Assembly (NCBI GenBank): GCA_040511655.1
Contig: JBEVGQ010000180.1
Coordinates: 1-44,848 of the forward strand
DNA: 44,848 nt
From: Aeromicrobium sp.
GTDB lineage: Bacteria > Actinomycetota > Actinomycetes > Propionibacteriales > Nocardioidaceae
Direction: 5' to 3'
Part shown: piece after piece, positions 19,366 through 28,976 of the stretch
Position numbering within the stretch: the first letter of the stretch is position 1
How the letters are laid out: each line of letters opens with the position of its first letter
Translations under genes and position numbers: made by a program
Notes under the pieces: generated by a model
Database searches by the model: none
Told to the model about the DNA's origin: nothing
What the model saw: the letters and a program-made list of their open reading frames with translations, nothing else

Positions 19366-20531
19366 CGCGCGATGGCCGACAGGCCGTCAGCTCATCGGTC
19401 GACGGCGGCGTGCTCGTGCTGACGGTCGACAATCCCCCCGTCAACGCCGGCTCGACTGCCGTTCGCCAAGGGCTTCTCGACGGGGTGTCCCGGCTGCGGG
19501 ACGATGCGAGCCTGGTCGGAGCGGTGGTCGTGGGAGCCGGTGGCAGCTTCATCGCCGGGTCCGACCTGCGCGAGTTCGGCGGCCGGCTTCCCGAACCCCT
19601 GCTACCGGCGGTCATCACGGCCATCGAGCAGTGCGGCAAGCCGGTCATCGCCGCGCTCGACGGGCACGCCCTGGGCGGTGGGTTCGAGGTTGCGCTCGGC
19701 TGCCACGGCCGAATCGGCACGTCGCGATTGCGGGTCGCGTTGCCGGAGGTTTCCCTGGGCATGGTGACCGGGGCTGGGGCCTCGCAGCGGCTGCCGCGCC
19801 TGGTGGGCCGCGAGACGGCCCTCGATCTCATCCTCTCGGGTCGTCGTGTCGGCGGCGCCGAGGCCGCCGATCTCGGCATCCTCGACCAGGTGGCCGAACC
19901 GGATGAGCTGCTGTCGGCCGCGGTCGAGATGGCCCGCCACGCGACGCCTCGGATCCTGATGGACGAGCCGCTGCCCGATCCCGCGCCCTCGTTGGACGCG
20001 ATCGCCGAGCCGTACCTGGCCAGCATCGGTGCTCGGCCTCAGCTGGTCGAATCGCTTCGGCTCGTCAGGGCTGCCGGGTCACGGCCGCCCGAGCAGATGC
20101 TGGCCGACGAGCGGTCGATGTTCGACACGCTTCGACTGGGCGAGGAGGCCGCGGCGCTGCGGCACCTGTTCTTCGCGGGCCGGGCCGCCCGCAAGGACCC
20201 CCTGTCGGATCGAGTCCGCGCCGAGATCGTCGACCAGCTCACCTGCGCCGGTGGAGCCGTGGCACCCGACGTCGGCGCGGATCCGGCCTCGGCTGCACCG
20301 ATGCTGACGGCCATGGCCGCCGAGACCGCCGAGCTCCTGCGCACGGGCATCGTCGCCCGACCCGGCGACATCGACCTGTTGATGGTCGACGACGGCGGAT
20401 TTCCCCGCCACCTCGGCGGGCCCCTGTGGTGGGCCACCCGGGTCGGCGACGTCTCGCTCGAACGATCCATCCCGCCGACATCCGTGGACGCGGTCAACGC
20501 AGTATGGGAGAGGGTACGAACCGATGGTTGA
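19362..20531 (+). CDS. Enoyl-CoA hydratase fused to the last 3-hydroxyacyl-CoA dehydrogenase C-terminal helical domain (NAD-binding domain absent)
   Basis: NPPVNA, FIAGSDLREF, ALGGGFE, PEVSLG, GASQRLPRLVG, ALRHLFFA, then GIVARPGDIDL...GFPRHLGGPLWWA. Confidence 0.8.
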   Translation: MTRDGRQAVSSSVDGGVLVLTVDNPPVNAGSTAVRQGLLDGVSRLRDDASLVGAVVVGAGGSFIAGSDLREFGGRLPEPLLPAVITAIEQCGKPVIAALDGHALGGGFEVALGCHGRIGTSRLRVALPEVSLGMVTGAGASQRLPRLVGRETALDLILSGRRVGGAEAADLGILDQVAEPDELLSAAVEMARHATPRILMDEPLPDPAPSLDAIAEPYLASIGARPQLVESLRLVRAAGSRPPEQMLADERSMFDTLRLGEEAAALRHLFFAGRAARKDPLSDRVRAEIVDQLTCAGGAVAPDVGADPASAAPMLTAMAAETAELLRTGIVARPGDIDLLMVDDGGFPRHLGGPLWWATRVGDVSLERSIPPTSVDAVNAVWERVRTDG

Positions 20532-21864
20532 CTCAGCACAGACGGTGACGGAGGCCCTCGCTGCGGTCGCGGCCGAACTCGCCGACCAACGACTGGCCCC
20601 AGTAGACGCCGACGCCGTCGATCGGGCCATCCTCGACTGGCTGGGCGTGGCAATCGGGGGCAGCGGGACCACAGTCGCCGCTGCGCTGACTGCTGGATTC
20701 GGCGGGTCCGGCAGCAGCCGGATCGTCGGCACGTCGTCGACGCGCGACCCCTCGGTGGCGGCCCTCATCAACGGGACCGCCGCCCACGCGCTCGAGCTGG
20801 ACGACATCTATGCCCCTGGCCTGTTCCATCCGGGCGCGCCAGTGGTGGCCGCTGCGCTCGCGATGGCCGATCATGTCGGCGCGACCTGGGCAGAGATGCG
20901 CCGAGCCGTGCTGATCGGCTACGAGGTCGGGTGCCGAGTCGCCGCCGACCTCGGGCCCGACCACTATCTGCGCTGGCACACGACAGGTACCGCCGGCGCG
21001 CCAGCGGCTGCGGCCGCGGCCGCCGTGCTGATGGGAGCCGATCACGATCAGACGGCCGATGCGCTGGGTCTGGCCGCAACGATGGCAGGCGGGCTGCAGC
21101 AGACCTTCCGCAGTGACGCGATGGGCAAGCCCCTGCACGCCGGTCATGCGGCGCAGGCCGGGGTCGTCGCGGCGATCGCGGCCGTTGGCGGGGTCTCGGG
21201 GGCGCGCGACGCGCTGGAGGGCGACGCTGGCCTGGGTGCAGCGACCGGCGCGCCGTCCACGTGGCGGACGAGTCGGGCGGGTCTGCAGGGTCCGTTGGCG
21301 ATCCAGCGCATCACGGTCAAGCCGTACCCGTGCTGCGGGCACACCTTCGCCGTGATCGACGCGGTGCGCCAGCTGCGAGGTCTGGGGATCGAGGCGCGCG
21401 ACGTGCAGCGGGTGGTGGTGGCGGCCTACACGACGGCGATTCGTACGGCAGGCATCACGCAGCCTCGCACTCCGGCCGAGGCACGATTCAGCATTCCGTA
21501 CCTGGTGGCCGCTGGCTGGCTCGACGAGCACGTGGGGGAGCGCAGCTTCGACGCCGCCCGGTTGGACGAACCGGATCGTGTCGCGCTGCTGCGCCTCGTG
21601 GAGATGACGCCGTCCGCCGAGCTGGACGCCGCGTTCCCGGCGCGACGGGGCGGCTCCGTCGCGGTGTGGACGGCCGATCGTCACGAGGTCGTCACGGTCC
21701 CCGACCGATTGGGCAGCCCGGAGAACCCGCTGTCCGCCGAGGCGATCGACGCCAAGTTCGTGGCAACCGTGGAACGGCAGGCGCCTGGGCGCAGCGACGC
21801 CGTGCTCGCTGCGTTCCGCGAACTGGCCCCCGGCGATCCGGTGGCCGCGCTGGCCGTCGCATGA
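20524..21864 (+). CDS. MmgE/PrpD family protein
   Basis: NGTAAHALELDD, HPGAPVV, WHTTG, KPLHAG, KPYPCCGH, GSPENPL. Confidence 0.92.
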   Translation: MVDSAQTVTEALAAVAAELADQRLAPVDADAVDRAILDWLGVAIGGSGTTVAAALTAGFGGSGSSRIVGTSSTRDPSVAALINGTAAHALELDDIYAPGLFHPGAPVVAAALAMADHVGATWAEMRRAVLIGYEVGCRVAADLGPDHYLRWHTTGTAGAPAAAAAAAVLMGADHDQTADALGLAATMAGGLQQTFRSDAMGKPLHAGHAAQAGVVAAIAAVGGVSGARDALEGDAGLGAATGAPSTWRTSRAGLQGPLAIQRITVKPYPCCGHTFAVIDAVRQLRGLGIEARDVQRVVVAAYTTAIRTAGITQPRTPAEARFSIPYLVAAGWLDEHVGERSFDAARLDEPDRVALLRLVEMTPSAELDAAFPARRGGSVAVWTADRHEVVTVPDRLGSPENPLSAEAIDAKFVATVERQAPGRSDAVLAAFRELAPGDPVAALAVA

Positions 21865-21950
21865 GTTCGGCAAGCTGGGGTCCTGGCGGGCACATGATCG
21901 TCCTCACCAGTGACGCGTCGACGATCGTGCCGGGGCAGGCGCGCCGGTGA
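21861..21950 (+). pseudogene. 29-aa mini-ORF, probable deletion relic, coupled to both neighbours
   Basis: ATGA overlap with the MmgE stop and GTGA overlap with the NUDIX start; MSSASWGPGGHMIVLTSDASTIVPGQARR. Confidence 0.5.
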
Positions 21951-22756
21951 GGCCGGTGTCCGATCGCGGGCTCCGGGCCTTGACGACGTGGGACGGCATC
22001 CCGGCCGCGGTGCGCGATGCCGCCACGATCGTGCTTCTGCGCGACGGCGAGCAGGGACTCGAGTCGTTCTTCCTGCGGCGACAGCCCACCATGGCGTTCG
22101 CCGCCGGCATGCAGGTGTTCCCCGGCGGGGTGGTCCACGACAGCGACGGAGAGTCCGACATCGGTTGGGCCGGGCCGCAGGCCACCGAGTGGGCCGATCG
22201 CCTGCGCTGCGATGTCCGCACGGCCAGGGCGCTGGTGGTGGCGGCGGTGCGCGAGACGTTCGAGGAGTCTGGGGTGCTGCTGGCCGGACGCAGCGAGAAG
22301 GACGTCGTCAGCGACACCGCGCCGCTGGAGGACGAACGCTCAGCGCTGGAGGGGCACGAGCTGTCGTTCTCGGCGTTTCTGGCGCAGCACGATCTGGTCC
22401 TGCGGTCTGACCTGCTCGGCTCGTGGGCACACTGGGTCACGCCCGAGTTCGAGCCCCGGCGCTTCGACACCCGGTTCTTCGTTGCGCAGATTCCAGCAGG
22501 CCAGACCGTGGGCAGCCTTCCCGGCGAGGCAGATCGGTCGTCCTGGACGTCTATCGCGGAGGCGCTCGCGCTGAACGACGCGGGCATCTGGGAGATGATG
22601 CCTCCGACCCGCCACACGTTACGCAGCCTGCTCGACCACACCGCGGCGACGGTCGTCGAGGCTGCGTCCCGTCGGGTCGTCACGACCATCGCCCCTCGGT
22701 TGGTGATGGTCGACGGGCAAGCCTTCCTCGACGGTCCGCCGGCCGAGGAGATCTAG
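21947..22756 (+). CDS. NUDIX hydrolase (NUDT19/acyl-CoA diphosphatase-like)
   Basis: DAATIVLLRD, MAFAAGMQVFPGG, AAVRETFEESG, WVTPEFEPRRFDTRFF, MMPPT. Confidence 0.9.
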   Translation: MRPVSDRGLRALTTWDGIPAAVRDAATIVLLRDGEQGLESFFLRRQPTMAFAAGMQVFPGGVVHDSDGESDIGWAGPQATEWADRLRCDVRTARALVVAAVRETFEESGVLLAGRSEKDVVSDTAPLEDERSALEGHELSFSAFLAQHDLVLRSDLLGSWAHWVTPEFEPRRFDTRFFVAQIPAGQTVGSLPGEADRSSWTSIAEALALNDAGIWEMMPPTRHTLRSLLDHTAATVVEAASRRVVTTIAPRLVMVDGQAFLDGPPAEEI

Positions 22757-22758
22757 CT

Positions 22759-22786
22759 TCCCCTGAGCCAGGAACGGCTCAGGGGA
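22759..22786 (+). terminator. Hairpin ending the GntR operon
   Basis: TCCCCTGAGCC-6 nt loop-GGCTCAGGGGA, 11-bp perfect stem right after the NUDIX stop. Confidence 0.7.
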
Positions 22787-22882
22787 GGCAAGGATTCAGC
22801 GCGCTGACGACTCGTCGGTCACGGGGCGCCACCTGTCGGTGTCGCGCATTCTCCTGAAGTTCCGGACATCATCAACCTAATG

Positions 22883-22902
22883 TATAACTAGATAGACAAT
22901 TG
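22883..22902 (+). promoter_or_regulatory. -10-like TATAAC followed by operator-like TAGATAGACAATT
   Basis: The 13-mer recurs exactly, inverted, at 29811-29823. Confidence 0.55.
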
Positions 22903-23033
22903 TGGTGAGCACGACAGGCCTCGGTGAGACGAGGAGTGCGGCAACGACATCTGGCTCAGCACCATCAGAACAACGACGTCATCCCGGGGGTCCTGTGGGC
23001 CGGCGGAGGTAGCGCGTCGAGTGAGGATCCGTC

Positions 23034-23894
23034 ATGAGCAGTGCTTCGTCAGGACACCCGACCTACCCCGATCTGGCGGCGCGGCGCATCGCGATCGACG
23101 AAGCCATGGCGTCGCAGTCCATGGCGGCAGGTGTCGAGGTGGAGACGCTCGAGGAGGCAGGATTCTCGGGCGTGCGTTTCGTGCCGGCGGGTGCCCGTCC
23201 CGGGACGGCGATCATCCATTTCCACGGTGGGGGGTTGCGACTGGGCTCGACCAAGGGCTGGGGGCCGTTCATGACCAGGCTGGCGGCCGCCACGAGGACC
23301 GAGGTCGTGGGTGTCGACTACGCGCTCGCGCCGGAGCATCCCTATCCCGCGGCGTCTCTGCAGGCCGAGGCGGCGTACGAATTCTTGGCCGCCCAGCGTC
23401 GGTCGATCGTCCTGGCCGGCGACTCGGCAGGATGCAACCTGGCCTCCGGGTTGGCACTGCGGTTGGCAGAGCGCGCCGACGCGCGGCACGTCGGCACGAT
23501 GCTGTTCTCGCCGTGGATCGATCTGAGGGTCCAGAACGCGAGCTACGCCGAGTGCGCCGCCGATGACGCACTCTTCTCGCGGGAGGCCGCCGAGCAGGCC
23601 GCCGAGAGTTATGCGCCGGGCATGGACGTCGCAGATCCGGCCATCTCGCCTGGTCTCGGTGACTGGCATCGTCAGCCCCCCGTCCTCCTGGAGACGAGCG
23701 CGAACGAGGTCCTGCGGGATGACGCGCGCGCGCTCGCGCAGAAGCTGCTGGCCTCTGGGGTGCGACTGTGGTTCCGAGAGGTGGCCGGGCAACCTCACGA
23801 CTGGCACATCATCGACCCGCCCACGCCGGCGACGCGCGACTCGTTCGCCAGTGCCGCAGCCTTCCTGGACTCCGTGCAGGCCCCGGAGTCCTAA
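23034..23894 (+). CDS. Alpha/beta hydrolase (HSL family esterase/lactone hydrolase)
   Basis: HFHGGG oxyanion motif, DYALAPEHPYPA, GDSAG nucleophile, E-VLRDD, late His. Confidence 0.92.
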   Translation: MSSASSGHPTYPDLAARRIAIDEAMASQSMAAGVEVETLEEAGFSGVRFVPAGARPGTAIIHFHGGGLRLGSTKGWGPFMTRLAAATRTEVVGVDYALAPEHPYPAASLQAEAAYEFLAAQRRSIVLAGDSAGCNLASGLALRLAERADARHVGTMLFSPWIDLRVQNASYAECAADDALFSREAAEQAAESYAPGMDVADPAISPGLGDWHRQPPVLLETSANEVLRDDARALAQKLLASGVRLWFREVAGQPHDWHIIDPPTPATRDSFASAAAFLDSVQAPES

Positions 23895-24385
23895 AGGCAG
23901 GCTGGCCGATCACATCGCCGCGGTCGATGCGTGAGGCTCGGGCCCGTCGCGCCGTGTGTTGGCCGACAGGGTTCAGCAGGGCAGAGGCGAGATCGTGGCT
24001 GAAGAACTGGTGGTGCCGATCATGGGCCGGCAGGTCGTCGAGCTCGTCAGGGCCTACGACTCCGAGGGTGCGACACAGCGCTAGCGTCGGCAGCTGTGAG
24101 CTGGCCGAACAGTCTCCTGCTGTCGGCGGGTGTCGCGGGTCACTCGATGCTCGATCTGCTCCGATCTGTCGCCCTACGGCGGATCAGCAGGTGCGGTCTC
24201 TGACACGCAGTTGGAGCGGGGTGCACGCGCGCCTGGACTCGCAGTGGGCGCGAGATCTCTGAGCGTTACGTGGTCACCGAGCATCTGACGCACGGCACAA
24301 TTATCTAGACAAATATTCTCATCCACCTCATTTAGCGCTAGTGTGGCGTAGATCTCATCGTCGAGTCTGCGAGAGGAAGCGTCGA

Positions 24386-24715
24386 GTGAAGGCACTACTG
24401 GTGGTCCTCAGCAACCCGACGACGAGCGAACAGGAAGACGAGTACAACGACTGGTACGACAACGTCCACCTGGGCGAGGTCAAGCAGATCCCCGGCGTCA
24501 CCGACGCTCGTCGTTACGTCGTGTCGACGACGCAGCTCGATCCTCCGAGTTCCTTGGGGGGCAACGATTACTTGGCCCTCTACGAGATCGAGTCCGAGGA
24601 TCTGGCGGCGGTCGCCCATGAGCTCACTGCTCGAGCGGTCAACGGGACGTTCCACATGTCAGGCGCCATCCGGGCCGATCCGCCGCCGGTAGCCGTGCTG
24701 TTCGAGAGTCGATGA
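24386..24715 (+). CDS. EthD/DUF4286-like dimeric alpha-beta barrel protein
   Basis: EDEYNDWYDNVHLGEVKQIPGVTDARRY, YLALYEI; RBS GAGGAAG. Confidence 0.8.
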   Translation: MKALLVVLSNPTTSEQEDEYNDWYDNVHLGEVKQIPGVTDARRYVVSTTQLDPPSSLGGNDYLALYEIESEDLAAVAHELTARAVNGTFHMSGAIRADPPPVAVLFESR

Positions 24716-25164
24716 ATCGTCCCGTCCCGGTCGCCTCGGGAGGCCGCGCGGAAGCCGGTTCGACGCCGCGGGTCGCTGCCGGTGGGGAATACCTGTAGTC
24801 CTGCCGGGTCGCATGATCGCTCGCCTCGACGCGGGAACGGATGTGGATCGCATGACCTTCGGGGCGGAGTCCGGGGTCGACGTGGGCCGCGACGCGCTTC
24901 ACGGTGCTGACCTGCCGATTCTGTAGACAGTGTTCACCGGGCTCTGGTCGCCGGGGAAGGCGACGACCCAGCCACCGGACGGGTCGCAGCCCGCTTTCGA
25001 AGAGACGACCAGTGCTGTCGTCGACACGCTCGAGGGGCGAGGCGACGTCCTGGGTGATCGCGCTGATGGTGCTGGCCGACGCGCGGGGGCCGTGGCGCGC
25101 GCCCTCGGTGCATTCCGTGGTGGCGGGCCCAGACGGGGGAAGTTCGCGAGCGTGTGACGGTTGA
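24712..25164 (+). pseudogene. Possible degraded gene (weakly thioesterase-like)
   Basis: ATGA overlap at 24712 followed by stops and frameshifts; fragments TVLTCRFCRQ and SWVIALMVLADARGP. Family assignment is weak. Confidence 0.25.
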
Positions 25165-25222
25165 CACACCCGTCTCGTCCCGTCATGCTGAATCGAGAAA
25201 TCGATCAGTTAGTCGATTATAT
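25161..25222 (+). promoter_or_regulatory. sigma70-type promoter TTGACA-N17-CATGCT followed by an AT-rich operator-like tract
   Basis: TTGACA 25161-66, CATGCT 25184-89, TAGTCGATTAT downstream. Confidence 0.6.
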
Positions 25223-25255
25223 GATTTGTACTATTAGCGATGAGACGGAGTTCAC

Positions 25256-26128
25256 ATGAAGGTCTACATCCACTCCGCCTTCCTGGATCCGGCGAACCTC
25301 ACGGCCGCAGCCAGAGTTGCCGAGGCGGCGGGATTCGACGGGATGACCGTTGCCGACCACATGATCTATCCGCGGGTCCTCAACTCGGGCTATCCGGTCC
25401 CGGACGCCATGTGGGCGCCGACCGACCCGTGGCCCGACCCGTGGGTGACCATCGGGGCGTTGGCCGGAGCGACCACCACGCTGAAGTTCGCCACCACGAT
25501 CTACATCGCGCCCATGCGTCCGGTGATGCAGGTGGCCAAGTCCGTGTCCACCGCCGCCGTGCTGTCGGGGAACCGGGTCGCACTCGGTGTGGGCGTGGGG
25601 TGGATGCAAGAAGAGTTCGAGCTGGTCGGCCAGGACTTCGACACCCGAGGCAAGCGGCTCGACGAGCAGATCGAGATCTGCCGCCTGCTGTGGTCTGGCG
25701 GCTATCAGGAGTATCACGGCGACTTTCACGACTTCCCGCCCGTGTCGATGATCCCCGCCCCTACCGAGCAGATCCCCATCTGGGTAGGCGGCGACGCACC
25801 GGTCTCCCTTCGTCGCGCGGCGCGAGTGGGTGACGGGTGGATCGGCATGGAGTACTCCCTCGAGCGCGCCGAGGAGCTCCTCGGTCAGCTGAACACGTGT
25901 CGCCACGAGGCAGGGACGGCCGACCGGGACGACTTCGAGATCATGATGGGTCTCGACCACGTGCCCACGGCCGACGACATCGTGCACCTCGAGAAGCTCG
26001 GGGTCACGGCGCTGTTCGTCATGCCCTGGGAATCAGGCGCTGCCATCCGTCAAGGAGACCCTGGTCGAGAAGCTCTGCTGCGCTCGATCGAGGAGTACGG
26101 GCGCACCGTCCTGTCCGCCATCGCCTGA
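25256..26128 (+). CDS. LLM-class, probably F420-dependent oxidoreductase (TIGR03619-like)
   Basis: GFDGMTVADH, WPDPWVTIG, LSGNRVALGVGVGWMQEEF, IPIWVGG, RRAARVGDGW. Confidence 0.88.
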   Translation: MKVYIHSAFLDPANLTAAARVAEAAGFDGMTVADHMIYPRVLNSGYPVPDAMWAPTDPWPDPWVTIGALAGATTTLKFATTIYIAPMRPVMQVAKSVSTAAVLSGNRVALGVGVGWMQEEFELVGQDFDTRGKRLDEQIEICRLLWSGGYQEYHGDFHDFPPVSMIPAPTEQIPIWVGGDAPVSLRRAARVGDGWIGMEYSLERAEELLGQLNTCRHEAGTADRDDFEIMMGLDHVPTADDIVHLEKLGVTALFVMPWESGAAIRQGDPGREALLRSIEEYGRTVLSAIA

Positions 26129-26202
26129 ACCCGAACCAGAACCCGCACCGCCTTTCCGTACAACCATCCACCCTGTGGGTCGACGTCCAAGGAGGACATC
26201 AC

Positions 26203-27990
26203 GTGACCGCGACACAAGCAGACACCGCCATCGAAGTCGACGCAGTCGAGGTCTTCGAGCAGTGGTTCACCAAGTTCGCCGCTGCCCTGACCACCCCGGG
26301 AACACCCGGGCTGAAGGAGCTGATCGCGCCGGACGGCTGGTGGCGTGACTTCGTCGGACTCGACTGGCAGCTGGCGAGCTACCAGTCGCCTGAGACGATC
26401 GCGGAGTTTGTGGCATCGGCACCCCAGGGTTCGGTGATCAGGGCCGAAGCGGTCGCCGACCCCGGACCGACCTTCGTCGATGCGGGCGAGATGGGCTGGG
26501 TGGAGGGGTTCTTCAGCTTCGAGACCGAGGTCGTGGAGGCGCGCGGCCACGTCCGCTTGGTCAAGCAGGCTGATGGCGAGTACCGGTCGTGGACCGTGCT
26601 GACCGCGGTCGACAGTCTGAAGAGCCACCCGATGCAGACGCGCCATCGTCGACGTCGCCCGGGCCGCGACGCGCATCTGGAGCCGTGGCACGTGCGGCAG
26701 GCCGACAAGTCGAGCTTCGACCGGCCGGACCCCAGGGTGCTCGTGATCGGAGCCGGCGGTGGCGGGCTGTCGGTCGGCGCCTGCCTGGAGACGATGGGTA
26801 TCGACACGCTCCTGGTCGAGAAGAACGAACGCGTCGGCGACAACTGGCGCAACCGCTACGAGGCGCTGGTGCTGCACTCGCCGTGCGTCTCCGACGAACT
26901 GCCCTTCATGGGCTATCCGAGCAACTGGCCGCTGTACCCGACCAAGGAGAAGTACGGCGACTGGCTCGAGAGCTTCCAGAAGGCGTCCGACGTCAACGTG
27001 TGGACGAGCTCTGAGGTCGTGGAAGCGACCTTCGATCCGCATGCCAAGCGCTGGACGGTCAGGATCGACACCCCGGCGGGGGAGCGCGTGCTGCATCCTG
27101 AGGAGCTCATCGTGGCGACCGGGTTCAGCGGCAAGGCGAAGCTTCCGGACGTGCCGGGAGTCGACGCGTTCAAGGGTCGGATCATGCACTCGCAGGACTA
27201 CCGGTCGGCCGACGGGTTCGAGGGCAAGAAGGCGGTCGTCGTCGGGGCGGGGACGAGCGCTCACGACATCGCCGAGGACCTCTACCATCGCGGAGTCGAG
27301 GTCACCATGATCCAGCGCAGCGGCTCGTACATCATGAGCCGCGAGGGTGGCAACAGCGTGCTGTACATGGAGACGTTCCACGAGGACGCCCTGCCCAAGG
27401 AGTGGCTGGACCTGCAGGCGATGTCGTTCCCGTGGCCGCTGGCCATGCAGATGGCGCCTGCGCAGACCGCTCGTATCGCCGAGATCGACAAGGAGCTGCT
27501 AGACGGTCTGCGGGGCGTCGGCTTCGAGCTCATCGCCGGCGACCCGGTCGTGGGACCGAACAGCGGACTTCTGTCCCTGGGCATCCGCGAGGGGGGACCG
27601 GGCAACTACTACATCGACGCGGGTGCCTCTCAGCTCATCATCGACGGCAAGATCAAGCTGCGCTCCGGCGTCGGTCTGGTCGGATACACCGAGACCGGGG
27701 TCAAGCTCAGCGACGGCTCGGAGATCGAGGCGGATCTCGTGCTGTGCGCCACGGGATTCGAGACCTTGCGCGAGGCCTCGCAGGCGTTCCTCGGCGAAGA
27801 GGTCGTCAGCCAGCTGCCGCCGCTCGGCGGGCTCGACCACCGCAACGAGCGGAGCCTGCAGTACCAGCCGTCGGGCTACCCGCGACTCCGCTTCACCGGG
27901 GGCGGCCTGTACGAAGTGCGGCAGTACTCCAAGTTCGTGGCAATCCAAGTCGCGGCCGAGATGACCGGCGAAGACGGAAAGGGCAATTGA
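26203..27990 (+). CDS. Flavin-containing monooxygenase with N-terminal extension (type II FMO-like)
   Basis: WWRD N-terminal domain, GAGGGG, GDNWRNRYEALVLH, FKGRIMHSQDY (FxGxxxHxxxY), GAGTSAHD, ATG motif; RBS AAGGAGG. Confidence 0.9.
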   Translation: MTATQADTAIEVDAVEVFEQWFTKFAAALTTPGTPGLKELIAPDGWWRDFVGLDWQLASYQSPETIAEFVASAPQGSVIRAEAVADPGPTFVDAGEMGWVEGFFSFETEVVEARGHVRLVKQADGEYRSWTVLTAVDSLKSHPMQTRHRRRRPGRDAHLEPWHVRQADKSSFDRPDPRVLVIGAGGGGLSVGACLETMGIDTLLVEKNERVGDNWRNRYEALVLHSPCVSDELPFMGYPSNWPLYPTKEKYGDWLESFQKASDVNVWTSSEVVEATFDPHAKRWTVRIDTPAGERVLHPEELIVATGFSGKAKLPDVPGVDAFKGRIMHSQDYRSADGFEGKKAVVVGAGTSAHDIAEDLYHRGVEVTMIQRSGSYIMSREGGNSVLYMETFHEDALPKEWLDLQAMSFPWPLAMQMAPAQTARIAEIDKELLDGLRGVGFELIAGDPVVGPNSGLLSLGIREGGPGNYYIDAGASQLIIDGKIKLRSGVGLVGYTETGVKLSDGSEIEADLVLCATGFETLREASQAFLGEEVVSQLPPLGGLDHRNERSLQYQPSGYPRLRFTGGGLYEVRQYSKFVAIQVAAEMTGEDGKGN

Positions 27991-27992
27991 GC

Positions 27993-28976
27993 ATGAGCAT
28001 GGACGACTGGCGAGCGATGTCCGATCGCATCCGCAACTGGGGACGGTGGGGTGCAGACGACGAGCTCGGGACGCTCAACCTGATCACGAGCGACAAGGTG
28101 GCCGAAGGCGCCGCGCTCGTGACGCAGGGCAAGGTCTTCGCGCTCGGCATGGACTTCGGTGACTCCGGACCGCAGGGCGATCTGTTGTTCCGCCGCAATC
28201 CGCTGCACACCATGACGATCGATGGTGGAGACGGCAACTCCCTGCTGGAGCACGTCGCCTCCGCTCCGTCGAACAAGAGGTGGCAGGAGGGCGCGATGAT
28301 GCTCGGCGGCGACCTGCTGCGGTACAACGACGACATGGTCGTGATGCACCTGCAGTCGGCGACCCAGTGGGACGCCTTGGCACACGTCTACTACGAGGAG
28401 AAGATGTACAACGGGTATCCCTCGTCGGCCGTCACGAGCTTCGGCGCGTCCAAGCTCAGCATTGACAAGGTCGACGTCAAGGGCATCACCTCGCGTGCGG
28501 TCCTGCTCGACATGGTCAAGTACCGCGGCGAGGACATGCACTGCGCGCACGGCGAGCACATCATGCCCGACGAGCTGACCGAGGCGGCGAAGCAGCAGGG
28601 CGTCGAGGTCGGTGAGGGCGACATCGTCGTCGTCCACACCGGGTGGACGACCAAGTTCTATGCGACCGGCGACAAGTCGCCGTCCGCTGGGCTGAGCTGG
28701 CGGTGTGCCGAGTGGCTGCACGAGCGAGGCGTCGCGGCCGTGGCTGCGGACAACTCCCAGGTCGAGGACCCGGTCTCGGACCTGCAAGGCAACCTTCTGC
28801 CGATGCACCTGTTGTGCCTGCGCGACATGGGCATGCAGTTCGGCGAGTACTGGAAGCTCGACGATCTCGCGGCGGACTGTGCCGCCGACGGACGCTACGA
28901 GTTCCAGCTCGTCGCGCCGCCGCTGCGCATCACCGGTGCGGTCGGCTCGCCCATCAACCCGATCGCGCTCAAGTGA
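27993..28976 (+). CDS. Cyclase-family (kynurenine formamidase-like) metal hydrolase
   Basis: NWGRWGADDELGTLN, QSATQWDALAH, GDIVVVHTGW, AADN, GE, GSPINPIA. Confidence 0.9.
   Translation: MSMDDWRAMSDRIRNWGRWGADDELGTLNLITSDKVAEGAALVTQGKVFALGMDFGDSGPQGDLLFRRNPLHTMTIDGGDGNSLLEHVASAPSNKRWQEGAMMLGGDLLRYNDDMVVMHLQSATQWDALAHVYYEEKMYNGYPSSAVTSFGASKLSIDKVDVKGITSRAVLLDMVKYRGEDMHCAHGEHIMPDELTEAAKQQGVEVGEGDIVVVHTGWTTKFYATGDKSPSAGLSWRCAEWLHERGVAAVAADNSQVEDPVSDLQGNLLPMHLLCLRDMGMQFGEYWKLDDLAADCAADGRYEFQLVAPPLRITGAVGSPINPIALK

Noticed and set aside
22936-23037. 33-aa ORF overlapping the hydrolase start (ATGA)
   Set aside because: The RBS abuts the GTG with no spacing and there is no recognisable homology. 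It could be a relic but is unsupported.
23895-24290. Possible gene relic between the hydrolase and the EthD-like gene
   Set aside because: Short coding-like fragments are present, but no family could be recognised.
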